Origin: Perkinsus chesapeaki ATCC PRA-425 | Taxonomy: Eukaryota > Protista > Perkinsozoa | Length of the DNA stretch: 64,000 nucleotides | Direction of reading: 5' to 3' | Assembly (NCBI GenBank): GCA_013115145.1 | Contig: JAAPAO010000068.1 | Span: 1-64,000 of the forward strand | In this document: in pieces, positions 24,402-37,310 of the stretch | Layout: each line of letters opens with the position of its first letter | Position numbering within the stretch: position 1 is the stretch's first letter | Position numbers and translations under genes: made by a program | Notes under the pieces: generated by a model | The model's input: only the letters and a program-made list of their open reading frames with translations | Told to the model about the DNA's origin: nothing | Database searches by the model: none

Positions 24402-25367
24402 ATGTCAACCCCTGAAGCAGCTGTTGCTAAACCTTCCGCAGCCCAGCGCTTCGCCAAGATGGGTGCCTCGATCGGTTCCAACTTCAAGCCTGGTAAGCTG
24501 AAATAATAATTATGATGAATATCTCTTTCTTGCGCTGCAAGAATTTCTAGTTTAATTTTCCGTATTAACAACTTTTTTGCGGGTTAGCAAGTAAACGTAT
24601 CTTATATGGTCCTAGCTTGCTTCGATGCTCTCATTAACATTAAATGTATCTTATATGGTTCTAGCTTGCTTCGATGCTCTCATTAACATTCAACGTATCT
24701 TATATGGTCCTAGCTTGCTTCCCCACTTGGTGATGCATCATACCAAAAGCCTTGGTGGAATACCACTTCATTTGTACCTGCCAATATCGCCTAAGGTACA
24801 TTCATCTACTCGGCTCTCTTCGGTGCGGTCATTGGCGTTGGCTTAGCTGGTGCCGATTATATCGTGAGGAACATCAAGGTAGCATCATAGCTCCTCCTAC
24901 TACTCAGCAGCAGCACTTGATCAGGTCCGTTTTGCTGATAAGGAGCACCTGATATTGGCGAGTCGACAGAGGTGGTGTCCGGGCGAATTTTTAGGAGAAA
25001 ATGCGATCGCGTATTCTTATACAGTAAAGAAGATTTCCATAGTAGTGAAGTTTCACGTTTGAATTGAGCGACAAGTCGGAGAAATATCTATTATCGTATT
25101 TTGTTGCAACGGGCAGTAGTAGACTTGGAGGCAGAAGGATTCGACAGCTATTAAAGGGAGTTTATCAATGTACACATGTTGACAGGTACTTGGAGAAGCA
25201 GGCCGTGTTCTATAAGCAGCTCGCTGAGGATCAGGAGATGCATCGGCTCGCAAGCCTGGCGCAGGAGTAATATTTATCGGCGGCGGGAGCTACAACTGAC
25301 GACTAGATACGATCCGGTGGCCACGCGTATGCCATTCTCCCTGCTGGAAGACAAGTACAGGTTTTAG
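24402..25367 (+). CDS. Mitochondrial ATP synthase accessory subunit, homologue of a Toxoplasma ATPTG-type subunit (ATPTG15-like, number from memory)
   Basis: Exons 24402-24492, 24796-24878, 24925-24971, 25186-25266 and 25307-25367 give about 120 aa with one TM helix. It ends SRQRYLEKQAVFYKQLAEDQEMHRLASLAQEYDPVATRMPFSLLEDKYRF*, matching the recalled Toxoplasma motif RLRYAEKQ...LVAEYDPVATRLPF...DRYRV. Confidence 0.8.
24594..24721. repeat. 49-bp tandem repeat (about 2.6 copies) in intron 1 of the ATP synthase subunit gene
   Basis: gtatcttatatggt(c/t)ctagcttgcttc starts at 24597, 24646 and 24695. Confidence 0.9.
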
Positions 25368-25750
25368 AGGTTTTGAAGTGGAACCATTGGTGTGTGTACG
25401 AGTTTTCAAGGAGCAGTTTCCAGGGACGCTATCAGTGTTGTTTGAACTCTAGTTGATGGGGGGGGATCATCATGAAACCGAATAGTGTACTTTCCCGCGA
25501 TGCCTCGGCCATCTGAGGTTAGCGAGTCCGCAGGCTCTGACTCTGATATGGACTGGGAGCAGGTAGGATAAAAGGAGACAACAGTTTTCCTGGTCCTCTT
25601 ATGTATCCCGCGCGAATCGCATTTGCTATCCTTGACGGTGCGCTAAGATATGCAATGTGAGACCTCGCGTATGCACTGCCGAGGTTTGAGATAGGCTCTA
25701 TATAGCATGTGTTCTCCTGACAGGAAGCCAACGCTCGACTGGCCGAGAAA

Positions 25751-27839
25751 ATGGAATCATTCATGTCTTGTTTTGACGACGGTGTTCAACCTAAGAGCGT
25801 AATAGGGCAGGCAGCTGCGGGCGGTATTCTGGTTATTCTTGCGAATTGCTGTTTTGGGCCGCATCAGTACTACTGCGGGTGACGTGAGGGCTCTCCTGTT
25901 CGCCTCGATGCGACGGAGGACGCGGATTGGAAGTGGTGATGATGCAGGTTCTAGCTAAGAAGGGAGCGATTGCTGATAAGGTGAAAAAGACGAAACCAGA
26001 GTCAGACAATTCAGTGGGGAAGATACGTGATTGGAGCATTAAGGCTGATGAGGGGGTGGAGAGGAAAGTCGAGGTGAGGCTAATCGGGATGAATTGCTGG
26101 GATCTCGTTATAGTACTGCTGTTTATCAACGGTAATTGGTGACCACATATAGCCACTTTAAGACATGGATAGTTAATTAATAATCTCCTCAAGTCAATAT
26201 TATCGACTCCATACCAAAGGTGCTTCATCGGTAGCTTTACATCAGTTTTATTAAGGTAGAGCGCGATGTATACTACAACCGCAATGAAACTACTAGTGGT
26301 ATAGCAGATTGTATAAATGGTTTGAACTCTGATCACTGGATTCGAGGGAGGATTCCTCAAGGACCTCAGTTCCTGCTCCATCTTCAGGTGCAGAGAGCAT
26401 CCGCAGGGGATCGCATATCGACCGATGGGGATTTTATGGCCAGCTCAGTTGATAAAATGACAAGTATTAGGAGGGCGACTAAACGAGGTTTCGTCAACTG
26501 TGGTGGGCGGCTAGACTTCATTTCGTTCCCCGTGCCACGCTTATGTTCTACAACGCCTATTTTGTATGCGCAATTGGAACCTATGCACCGATGTCAGTCC
26601 TAAATCCGAATACGAACCGAATTGGGGGTGTTGTCCTGCCCTTTTTCCTCGTTATGAGCGCCCCATAGATATTGGGAACTCGGCAGCTTTCTGCTCGTGC
26701 AGATTCCTTATAGCAAGGAATGCGCCTGGTATACTGTAGCTGGGCGTTTCCCGATTTGGAGGAGATTTGTGAATTGCTCCCAGACTTCAACGACTTGTGG
26801 CGTCTCAGTAACGCCTTTCAAAGCTTGCCTCTGCGAGATTCCGAGGCTACCTTTTTATTCAGATAAAAAAGGTTCCTCCTATATCGCGCCACCACCACCT
26901 GAAAAGAAACCAACTACAGCATCCATTAAAGAGGATGAAGAGGAGAAAGTATTTAATAAGGCTCTGCAGGATATGCTGAACTACGGTAGTAAAACGCCAA
27001 TGGGTATGCCGGTGAGGCGACGAGGCGCCTTCGGGGCTCGCAAGGTGTCTCTTGCGTGAGCAAAGGAATTCGAGCGATCAAGTATAGTACATGGGAGTTG
27101 ACGAAAATGTCTAAAATGATAATTAGAGCGTTGTGTAACGGGGCGAGGTGAGGGCTGTTGTGTATCAGTTTACCCAAAGACTAAAGACAAGAAGTCAAAG
27201 AGGCAGTATATGGATGCAAAGTTCTCTGCACTTGGAGGAAAGGTCATAACTGGGTTTCAAAGGGGGGGCATTGGGTGGTGTAGGTCGGCAAGGAGACAGG
27301 CCATAATATAACCCATTTGCGGCAAATGCGGACAGATCGTAGAAGGTTGGTAGATGCCAGCAAGGAAAAGGTGACAGCCTCCAAGGGCCCCACCGGTTGA
27401 AAGAAATGTGCCATGTCAGGCTCAATATATGGGAGTAAACGTTTCTACTCTCAAGTATACGACTGTGGGGGATGCTAATAGAGTAGGCGAAAATTGGTGA
27501 AGAATGGGATGGAGATTATGTAGGCACGGAAGAAAGCAGCACGCGAAACGCGCGATGAGGCCGATGCCAAGCTGATGGACTCTGTGGGGGCTGTCTTCAC
27601 GAGTGGTCGGGGAGCAGGAGCTAAATCGTATAAGGGAGGTAGCGGCGAACGGCAAGTTGGTCACCACCTTTGGGTTCTTTGGGGGGGGTCTCGAGAGTGA
27701 GGTTTGCGCATGTTTTACTGGGGCCTCCTTAGGTAAAATGAAGGATGGTGTACTATCAGTGTCAAAGGATCTACTCAAAAAGTACGGTGCCAAATCCGGC
27801 GGGGCAGGCGGCAAGCGTAAATCACGCAAAGGGAAATAA
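25751..27839 (+). CDS. Lys-rich nucleolar protein, DUF4602/C1orf131-Faf1-like C-terminus
   Basis: Spliced segments EEKVFNKALQDMLNYG, AKFSALGGK and terminal GKMKDGVLSVSKDLLKKYG...RKGK* resemble the family motifs F.KA...V..FG, LGAK and GK(F/Y)K.G.L.LS...I. The 5' exons are uncertain. Confidence 0.5.
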
Positions 27840-29571
27840 ACTCTACCAACGTATCATACAAAAGTTGTTGTGTTGATCTCTTACCTTCCGACTCGGAAGT
27901 TCCGAGTGACGTCCCGACACCGGAATTGGGGAAGCATGGAGGTCAGGCATACATGAAATGTCGCTCCTGCGAGCAGAGAGCTGACGGGCGACGCCGCGTC
28001 CCAGCTACCACTACTGTTGAGGAACGGAGCACAGATGTTCTTTGATTGCCATTCAATTCATTGAATAAGTTCAAAGGACAACTGCGCGCACGTGACCGAC
28101 TTAAAAGGCGCGCCATTATTGGTAAGGATTCCCTACCAAGGGATTCCCTACTAGACAACACGAACCTCTCCTGTGTTGTTGTCAGTCTGAAATGAGTTTT
28201 CTATTATTAGCTTGTTTTTACCCTATATAGGATGTTATCAACAACGCAAGAATTAGCCTTACCGTCGCTACGCGGTTGCAGGCGGCTGGTGCCAATTGTG
28301 AGGGCTGCTAGTTGCGGGCTCACTCGGTTACCGATGGTGCACCCAACACCTCGATTTTTCTCAACAGCTGATCTTGAAGACACCACGGAGAGACGTCGCA
28401 AGCGAATGATGGGGATACGCTCTAAAGAGGAGATGGCCGAGAGCGCGCGGCGTTACACTGAAGTGCGTCGGATCAGGGTATTTCCCGGTGCGCAAGAGCA
28501 CATCTGTTCAGAATACCGGAGTGGACCCTCATCTGAGCGATGACGAAGATGAGCTCGATGGTAAAACCTTTACGGCTAATCAGCCCGATGAACTGGCCGA
28601 ACTTTGCCTTCGAAAGTAGTTTGTTGCATCGTGAATAGCCTTTGTGAATACGATGTTGGTGTCAGATACCGAACTTTCGAACCAGAGAGGATTACAGACC
28701 GGAAGCTTAAAGTTCTGGTGAGATGGGGATGATATGGCTCTGAGGGTTAGAGCCTCTGACCTGGGCTAATCAAGCCCTATAGCACACTCGTAGGCGTCAT
28801 CTACCGTTTGTAGCCTACGAATGGTAGCCTACGCACCCGCCAGGTGCATCTTCATCGCAGCAGAGGTGTACCTGCGCGCAACAGCAACTCATAAAACCAC
28901 TTGACCTCGGTAGGATGTCAAATAACCGCGTTTATCAGATGTCAACTGGTAAACGCGCTATTTGTCTAGGTGACGGCGTCACCTTGAAGCCACAGAGTGT
29001 CGGTTATATCGCATCACCGTCACAAAACTTGGTACCGGGAGGGAGCTACGGTAGCTACCCCATGCACTGTATCACTGGGTAATGCAATCACGCTGATTGA
29101 GTTACTTCGTGATGTACTTTTTGTGGCACAAACGTTGTGCTTAGTACGCATGCTCAGTTCCACTGAGTCTGCTCCACCGAGTCAGCGGAGCAGATAACGC
29201 ACAATCATTCGTTCGTAATAACGAACGTAACCCTGTATTTTGTTACAGTATGGTACAATACGACGAATTTCCTCGGACGAACCTCAACATTTATTACGTA
29301 TAGCATCACGCGCAACTCTTCGGCTGTAAAACGGAAGCGTATCGCTGCGAGACTCTCGCCATTAGTGTCGCTTCGCATGTCTTGACAATCAATTGCTGTT
29401 TCTCTCTCTCCGCACTGATAGAGGCTTCTTTGAGCTAAGCCCGTAGCTTCATAGGAATTCCTGTAGTTCATTGCAGTGTAATGCTCACATGCGTGGCTAC
29501 TGAGTTGTGCTGTACGTAGAACACTCTTCTTCTACAGTGCGTTGGTGTTTGAAAAACACCAAAAACACTGT

Positions 29572-29787
29572 TTTTTTGGGCAAGTTGATTAAAACTGAAT
29601 AATTCGCGTCGGCTGTAACCTTTAGGGATATCGCTACAAGACAAGGGGAATCGATTAGTATAACTATCATGGCAAAACTCTCAGCCGTTTCATAGTGAGG
29701 GCGAGCGAGAAGAAAAATGACCGTATTCAGGCTGAATAATCGCTGGCTAACGCGAAATATTCAGTTTCAATCAGCTTGCCCAACAAA
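29572..29787. mobile_element. MITE-like element of about 215 bp with about 34-bp terminal inverted repeats
   Basis: ttgggcaagttgattaaaactgaataattcgcgt (29576-29609) pairs with acgcgaaatattcagtttcaatcagcttgcccaa (29750-29783) with 3 mismatches. No ORF is present and no TSD was identified. Confidence 0.6.
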
Positions 29788-29892
29788 GGCGAACGCACTG
29801 TATATCAAAAAATCTTTGACAGCGGCAATATCCAGCGGAAGTGCTACGTCACGTTACATTTTGACGAGAGTAAGTTATGGCAACTGTAGCGA

Positions 29893-30570
29893 TTAGACTC
29901 GCTCGCTCGCAGACCGGGAGTCCGGTGCCTCAATTCGTAGCCTACGGCTCGAATCGCGGAGAATTATGAGGATTGTAATCGAAGTAGCAGGAGACGCCAG
30001 GGATGTCGCAGTACCGCTGTTGATGTGAACTGTCGCCACTGAGGACCCGTCAGCGGCGTGATACTTATCGTACATCTGACTTAATAGCAAAGAACGCTCG
30101 GGATCCGCCGATATAGAACTACGGTCACTCGAGCTTGGACTGCTCATAGCAAGGACGACGAGTTAATAGCAGAGCATTAACGAGAAACCCTACAGTAGTA
30201 CAGTGATAAACAATGGTAGTAAGCTCCTGCGGAAACGCGTATGACCATAGATCTCTCACTATGTCGGGAAATAGATCGGGCAATCGATGTAGACTTATTT
30301 GTCACCAAATATCATCTTGCTCATTTAACCTTAATCACAACAGCTGTGACACCTTTTAGGCGCCGCCGTGCCGCATCGATGTTCGTTTATGGCAACGAAC
30401 ACAAAGCGCGGAGGGAGTTGAAATTAGCACAAGTTGTTCATAGCTCTCGAGGGCGAATCGATCAACACACTGCGCGTGTTCACGCGTGCACACTTTCCTC
30501 CGGGCATGGCCGTTGTGGGGCGAACAGAGCATTCTAACTGCGGGGGCCATGGCTGGCAGGCACTGGCTGC
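29893..30570 (-). CDS. Hypothetical spliced protein
   Basis: Open segments MGSAASACQPWPPQLEC... and MSSPSSSDRSS...ERV* are separated by intron-like gaps. Confidence 0.25.
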
Positions 30571-32336
30571 GGACCCCATCTACAGGCCAAAACTGCAGGC
30601 CCTTCCATTGAATCTCGCAGCGGCTGGAGACTCCAACTCAAAGTTGGTAACCTGGTCACAAATTGCTCTAATCGAAATGCGAGTGCATGAGTCGCTTCCC
30701 GAGACCGATCAACTTGCGAGTGCAGCGAGTGTCTCGGGGTGTTTGGAGCAACTTGCTCCCGGTTTACGGTCTCTGTGTGTGCTACATATGTATTACGCAC
30801 ACATACGGTACGTATGTTATAGTGAATCATCCGCTCATATGACTCGCTTTATTTCCTTACAAGCAGCAAATTGAATGGATCCCCCATTTAGAAGGGTTCT
30901 TTGTCTGTTATCGTGAAGTTTAGCGGGTAGCTATGCCCGACGTCTCAGCTGGCGAGGTGTTACTCATTGAGTAACACTCAAGGCTCCTGATTCGCACATG
31001 ACTTCCCGTTCTTTTATTCGCTCCCTCCCTCGTGGTTTAGCCATGTTGTACGCGCATTTCTTGTGGCGGCGCCCGCTCGCCAGGGCCACTGTGGCAAATC
31101 CGCTACTATACTTTGTCGTTGCTCGCATTTATGTCGATCCTCGGGTCGAGCATCTCAATGGTGATGTCTGTCCCTTAACTTGGCTTTGGGGACTCCCCAA
31201 TGGGGAGTATGTAGGCCCCCGATGATCTTGTATCTCGCGCTGCGCTTTCCGTTCCCAAGCGTCACGCTTGAAGCGTGCCAGAGGTGGTCCTGGTAGGTGG
31301 CATGATTGGGGTCCCAAGCCCGCGATAGTGGCGCTTTTTCACATACAATCTGACTGTTATGCTTTCTAATGGTTGAGGCTAGTGAAAAGAAGTCCTTCGG
31401 TCACTCCCGAATCATCATAATAATTCTGACAGAATTCCCCAATTTGAGTTCAGAGATCCGGCTACAGATGCTACTGGCATGATCAACTTGATCCTCTTCG
31501 CAGAGCCCGTGCGAATCGAAACTTGACATATAGAAATTTGTTTTCAGATACGCAAGCTCCCCGAGTTTAGCGGTGGAGACGGAACGGAAGATATCTCCTC
31601 TACACAGTTGAGAGCTGTTCGCGACAAATGGAGTTCCCTGCGACGCGACGAAGTTGATAGAGTCACATACGACAATTGCGCATCTTATGAGCCTTGAACC
31701 GAAAAACTACTTTGCACCGGCATTAGCCTCAGTCAATTTGCCTCGCTCGTTCCTTGCGTTTGGCGCTACTTCGTGCGTTGTTCCGACTGGGATTTTCTGG
31801 CAGTATGAATAACGAGAGTTCCCCCGCTAATGGTATGGCGCCGCCGCTAGATTCATGTGGTGCAGCACGGTTTACGGCTTCGCCACCAGCTCCAGGGTCA
31901 TTGCCTACTGGCTCAAGTAGGACGGGAGTCTTAATATTTTATGTGTATTCAATATAATTGCGGAGTGAGCAGAGCGAGCGGGGCGTATACTCTCACTTTG
32001 CTGGCACTTTGTGCGTGCGTGCGAATAAATCACCCAGCTCGATGATCTAGAGGGGTTATGATCACAACCTTTGCACCAATCGATAGCTCTTACTCTGGGG
32101 ATACTAGGAAGAATACGGAAAGTGGGTTCTGATTGTATCAGAAGGTCAGCGGGACAAAAAATATTTCTTCTGCAGAAAAATGACAGGCCTGGGGATCGAA
32201 CTTGCTAGATGCTTTGAGAATTCAACGGCCAATTACGGACGACCCCACGCATCTCTTCTATCAGTCCTGAGCTTCTGCAATTTTTACAGGCACTAGTACC
32301 GCCGGGCAGCAGCAGTTCAAGTTGTCCACCGCAGCA

Positions 32337-34767
32337 ATGGCTGCTATTTGTTCGAAGATTAGGATGGCGAATAATCCAGCATCTAATGCTTCCCGGACAG
32401 CCGCTTCAATGATCAATCGTTCGTAAGTGCCAACACTTAGCGGAGCTCTTCATGCGACTCCTGACTCTGGAGTCCTGAGGCGCTCGTCATTAGCAGCTAC
32501 TTGTTCCTCCGTTCTGACCCTTTTTGTTCGTCAGCTCCGTGGCGCCGTCTACGTCTTCTGCTCCCACCAAACCTATTTCACAGCCAACTGTTAATGCAGC
32601 GCTAATCGAGCGGCTCCGAGCAGATATGAGGGCCAAAGGGTACACTACGTCTGGGTCGCCTACTTCAACCGGTTCGGATTCCAGTGCTCAAACGCCACCT
32701 CCGCAATGGCCCTCGTCGTCTACTCGGAACGTAAGCCCGTAAGCTGCCCCTGCACTGACTTGAATGTTTTCACTTAGAGCCACAACCCTGGCTGGCTTCC
32801 GACCTGTCGAATACCCGGCGTCATATGTGCCCACGGTGGCTGCAACAAGGAAGACATCGCATGGAATGATACTGTTCCGACAGAGATATTCACATTTGGT
32901 AAATCCTGCATTGTCAACATATTCCGATGTTACCGCTCGCTTCCGGCAGGAAATTCACGTCCCGCACATGTGGCGTATTCTGTTCGTAGCAGGAGCACAC
33001 TTGTAACATTTGGCCTCTGCCCAGAACACTATAAAGAAATCAAACTGGCCCTTTCTATTTTCCAGGTTAGCAGCTCCGTTACGTACGCCCATCTGAATGA
33101 CTCTCTTTCAGCAATCTAACCTTCCCGTTGAGTATTTGGTCAGTACCGTTCGCGCTATTGATCGATCAAAAGCAAGGTCGTCCACTGCTGATGAACGAAT
33201 CTCTAATCACGGTAGGGATGGAAAGACTGCTGAAAGGCGCCGCGAATGGCTCTCGAGTCATATGCTACTCATTCAGAGCCAAGGAGCTCGCCAACCCAAC
33301 AAATATCTCCTACTGCGGCAGTGAGTAAGACGAACACTGTGAACGGCTCAGTATCCCGGCCGGAAGCCATGTCTGGTGGGCTTATTTCTGAGCTGTTCGG
33401 CCATCGATAACTGTTGATGGCAGGATCACGGCCGATTTCTACGGCCGCTGTCAGCGACTTAGTGAGCGAGAAAGCCGAAGGTGTGGAAGTGATAGCCGCT
33501 GACGATGATGAGGATAGTGATGTATTCGAGGCTATGGTCATCACTGATGAAGGCCCGACAGTAACCCCATCTACAGTGCCCGCAGAGCCTATCCTAGCTG
33601 ATGATTGCCGTGATGAGTGAGTTCTGTTTGTTAGTGCATTTTCATCCCTGCATAAAATCAGGGCATCGATATCGACTGCTCCCGAGCTATCGGTGCCAGA
33701 CCAAACCGAGCAGATCGAGGAAGACGTAGGGGTTCCCGTCACAGCTAATGAGGGGTCGGCTTCACCGGCTTCCGACATCAGCAAGAAGCCCCACGATCTT
33801 GCAGAATGCGAGAGTGCTAAGGCTGAAGATACGGTGAAGGCGTCTACTGACGAGCCTACAGGGCAATTGAGGGAGAAGGCGGCAGGAAAGCGAAAGTTGT
33901 CTGACGATATTCCTCCCAGCGAGGAAGCTGTCGGGAAGAAGCGATCGAGGCGGGGGAGTATATCTAAAGGGAAGTCGGAGGATACGAAAGTGACAGTCGC
34001 GAAGCTGGAAGGGGACAGTTGTGTCAAAAAGGTAAGGGTCCCATACTAAGGGACAGAACTTTAATTCCGGGAAAGCCTTGCCGAGTGAGGTGCGAGGTTC
34101 ATCACCTGGTTGGCTGTTACAGTTGCTATAACAACCAGTTACTGTAATACAGTTGATGCTTCGAGGATCTAGTAGTGGAACTAATATTAGGATGTTTGTG
34201 TTGGCTGGCTGCAGCTAGGCACCAGTGAGGCTACCGGAGCTTGTTCAGGAATCCCCTAAACGGCAGAAAAAGCGCAAAGCTTCGACCAAGGAGGTTGATG
34301 ATGCGATACAGCATGCAGAGCCTACCCCATCCGTCTCCGATGATTCCGTTGATGAAGACAGTGGATCGGAGGAGGAAGTGTAAGCTAAGCAAGCCTTCTC
34401 TAGCACATCGGTGTTTCGGTATGCATTGCGGTGCTCACCGAATAGCCATTGATAGAAAGTGGGATCGTCTAAGTTGCCTAGGTTTAATGTTGAGAAGCTA
34501 CTGCAGTGGAAGCTGGACAAGCATGGACATAGAAAATTTCTTGTTAAATGGGAAGGCTATCCTCTGGCGGAAGCCACCTGGGAGCCCGAGTCCAACTTCA
34601 ACGAGTAAGTTTGTTTTACCCACAGACTGTAAACTACAGTGTGTCTGTGTTCCATCATATTCCTCAGATCTCCGGAAATCGAAGAGCTGAAGAACGTGGT
34701 ACTTGCAAAACCGCCAAGATTACCTCGGCGGAGCCACGTAAATAAGAGAAAGCAACGCCGCCTCTAA
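32337..34767 (+). CDS. Chromodomain protein (C-terminal chromodomain, acidic/basic linker)
   Basis: Exon 34482-34604 encodes FNVEKLLQWKLDKHGHRKFLVKWEGYPLAEATWEPESNFN with an intact F/W/Y aromatic cage. It splices in frame to upstream ESPKRQKKRK...EEEV and downstream SPEIEEL...RRL*. The 5' exons are less certain. Confidence 0.75.
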
Positions 34768-35013
34768 ACCTAATTCTACTTGTCCTATTTCCCACTCTAT
34801 TGAACGAGGTTCTTAGTTCTTGCAAAAATGTCATCTTATAGTAGTTCTTCTGCAAAAAGTCTCTCTATGTATAATTTCAACGAATCATCACTATTATACC
34901 TGAATTCTCCTAAAAGCCTCTGTTGTGTTCGAAGTTGAACTGGACTGCTCGATCATTCACTCCGAATCTTTCGACAAGGGAGCTACGTGGATATTTGATC
35001 CGTATGAAGGAAC

Positions 35014-37086
35014 ATGTCGTACCAGGCTGCTTGCGACCACTCGAGTCACTTTACGTCCTTAGAGACTTTCTGCGCGGGCAACGGTACCCACTCAGTTCGA
35101 AGGTACGAAGTTCCTGAGTCCTAGGGAGGGCATCGACTGTATGTGTGCTTCCGTGGGCAACTAATGATCACGACCTCGACCCTGCCAGCACTATGTCTAT
35201 ACTCCTTTACGCAGGCCCTTGCTGTCGAATGCGGTGGTGACACTTCAGGGCGAGCCCGTGCAACACTTCAGTGCGTCTCCCAGTGGATCCATAGTTTCTG
35301 TAGGAATTCTTCTGGGATAGCTGTTAAGGAATACGGCCCTTTTGAGCTCCTCACGTACGCTGAAAATGATCGTGCAGGACGGGCTCGGAGTTGTCTTCGT
35401 TTTAGGATATACGGTGGCGCTCCCTTGGACATGCTTGAGGCCATTCTGACCGAGGCTACCAGTAAAGTTCATCAAAAGCAAGTTATTATCATTAGAGATC
35501 CAACGGCTTGTTTTGGAACCTCAAGTAGTGCATACTCTGGAGGCTTTGACGACGATGATGAAGGTGACGATGATGCCTGGGATGATAGTAGCGTTGTGGT
35601 AAGCTTATTTCTCTCACCAGTTTATTCATCGCCAATGCCGCTCAGGCTCCGTCAAGCTCAGACTGTGCAACGGGCCTTGCCGTATGGCTCTCTGAGCGCG
35701 TGCCTCTAGGAGTCCGTATCGTTTTTTTGTTGCCTACAGGATCGATGATCGACACTCTGGGGCGGGTGTGCGGTTTAGTACGGCTAAGCATGGCAGAGGT
35801 AACCCTCATTTCTGTGGTGTGGCAATTTCCAATGATGATTCTTTATACCGCATGGATCATCCGTCTTCCTGGAAGACTCTGGAAGACGCTTCCATTTTGT
35901 CATGCGAGCTCAGTAGAAATGATGTCCTGTTCAGGTTCCTGATCTGGCAAGTTGCACAATAGAGACTACAGATTCATCTCCCCGTAGCACGCTCTTCCTT
36001 GGCGGAATCCGGGAAACTGGGAATGACACCGCCCGTGGAGGACTAGTAAGCGCGCTCTATACTCTGTACTGTATACTCTATACTCTCACTCTGCGCTCTG
36101 TACTATCAGTAGTCTGTATTGCCGATTCGTTTAGGTATGTTTATACGGGCGGAGCGGTAGTGGGAAGACGCAAGTGTTGAGGCATCTCAAAGAATCCGCG
36201 ATATCGGGGAGGGTTGTTAATGTAAGTTTCGTGGCCCCTTTAACGGCCTATCGTTGTCCAAACGTCCTCGGATCCTTTTTTTGTAACTTGGTGCTAGCGG
36301 ACCGGCGGTCCGGGACCGCTAGTGCCGGTGCTTTCAGTGGCTTTTAGTCAGATTCGTGAAGTATCTCAGTGAGATTATCCGACGTCGCATTGCAGCTCCT
36401 GGTGTTTAGGTGCGTATTGCCGATATACTGGCTGCAGAGCTAGGAGAGTCCCAAAGACGACTACGCAAAGTATTGTCAACTCAGTCGTGAATGACTCTCT
36501 ATTCTGTTTCGCAGGTTTACAGCGAGTTGGCTTCGTCCTCAAAGTTTCTACCAGCAGCTTTTGTAGCTTGTACATTTGACGATTGCGATTTATGGTTGAA
36601 AAGCTCTGGGAAGATCATTCGGGAGGTCTTATCCCAGTGGACTGGTCTTATCGATAAGCATGGCAACGATATTCTAACAGTAGGCTCCACCGAACAGTTT
36701 TGAACGCCAGCTTCACCGTTCCAGGTTATCACGTGTCAAGACAAATCGGATCTACCTCGAGCTCTTTCGTGCCGGGTCTGCAAGTGGATTGATCTGAATG
36801 GTGATAATGATCTTACTTGATAATTGTCCAAAGAACGAATGTTGTGTTGAGCCTCTCAACTTGGGAGACTATATCCTGTATTGTAGTATGTAGTCAATTA
36901 AGGTGGAATTGCTCAAACTTTCCGGCGCGGAGCACGGGTTTGTTTTATTTGTCTCTAAGTGAGTCGTTCAGTTGATCCTGAATGGATTCTGGAATGTGTT
37001 TTACTCAACTTTACAAACAGTCCGGACGCAACGCAACGGTCATTTACACAGAAAGATCTTGGGATCGTTTAATAAACCGATTTTGA
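35014..37086 (+). CDS. AAA+ ATPase-like protein, apparently two modules with the first degenerate
   Basis: Walker A VCLYGRSGSGKT (36135-36170), Walker B-like ACTFDDCD and SRH-like VITCQDKSDLPRAL..R. The upstream module has degenerate GGDTSGRA and VIIIRD. The region could instead be two genes. Confidence 0.55.
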
Positions 37087-37310
37087 AATTCAGAATCGAT
37101 TCCAGAACTGCTTTTAACACGTAAAATGCGATGCTGGAATCGATCCCGAATCTCAGAATTGGTTTAATGAACATTGGGCTTGTTTTGTAACTTACAAAAC
37201 AAGATTCTGTGTAAATAGCGCGCGCCATAGTAATCTATAAACTGATCTTGAGTGGGTCTGATTCATCGGCGAGGCTACTGGCCCTTGGTATAGTTTATTC
37301 ATCTGCCCAC

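Noticed and set aside
31400-31720. hAT transposase-like fragment (INFVASQGTPF)
   Set aside because: The resemblance is only a few residues, it overlaps a plausible intron, and there are no catalytic motifs or TIRs.
20560-31920. Spliced-leader relics (gccatcttggc at about 20563; ctggctcaag at about 31908)
   Set aside because: Only 10-11 nt matches, which is within chance expectation, and neither lies just upstream of a start codon.
33269-34027. 252-aa minus-strand ORF
   Set aside because: It is an antisense shadow of the acidic exons of the chromodomain gene.
34482-34604. Chromovirus (Ty3/Gypsy) integrase chromodomain
   Set aside because: The domain is flanked by spliceosomal introns and in-frame host-like exons. 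No RT, RNase H, integrase or LTRs are nearby.
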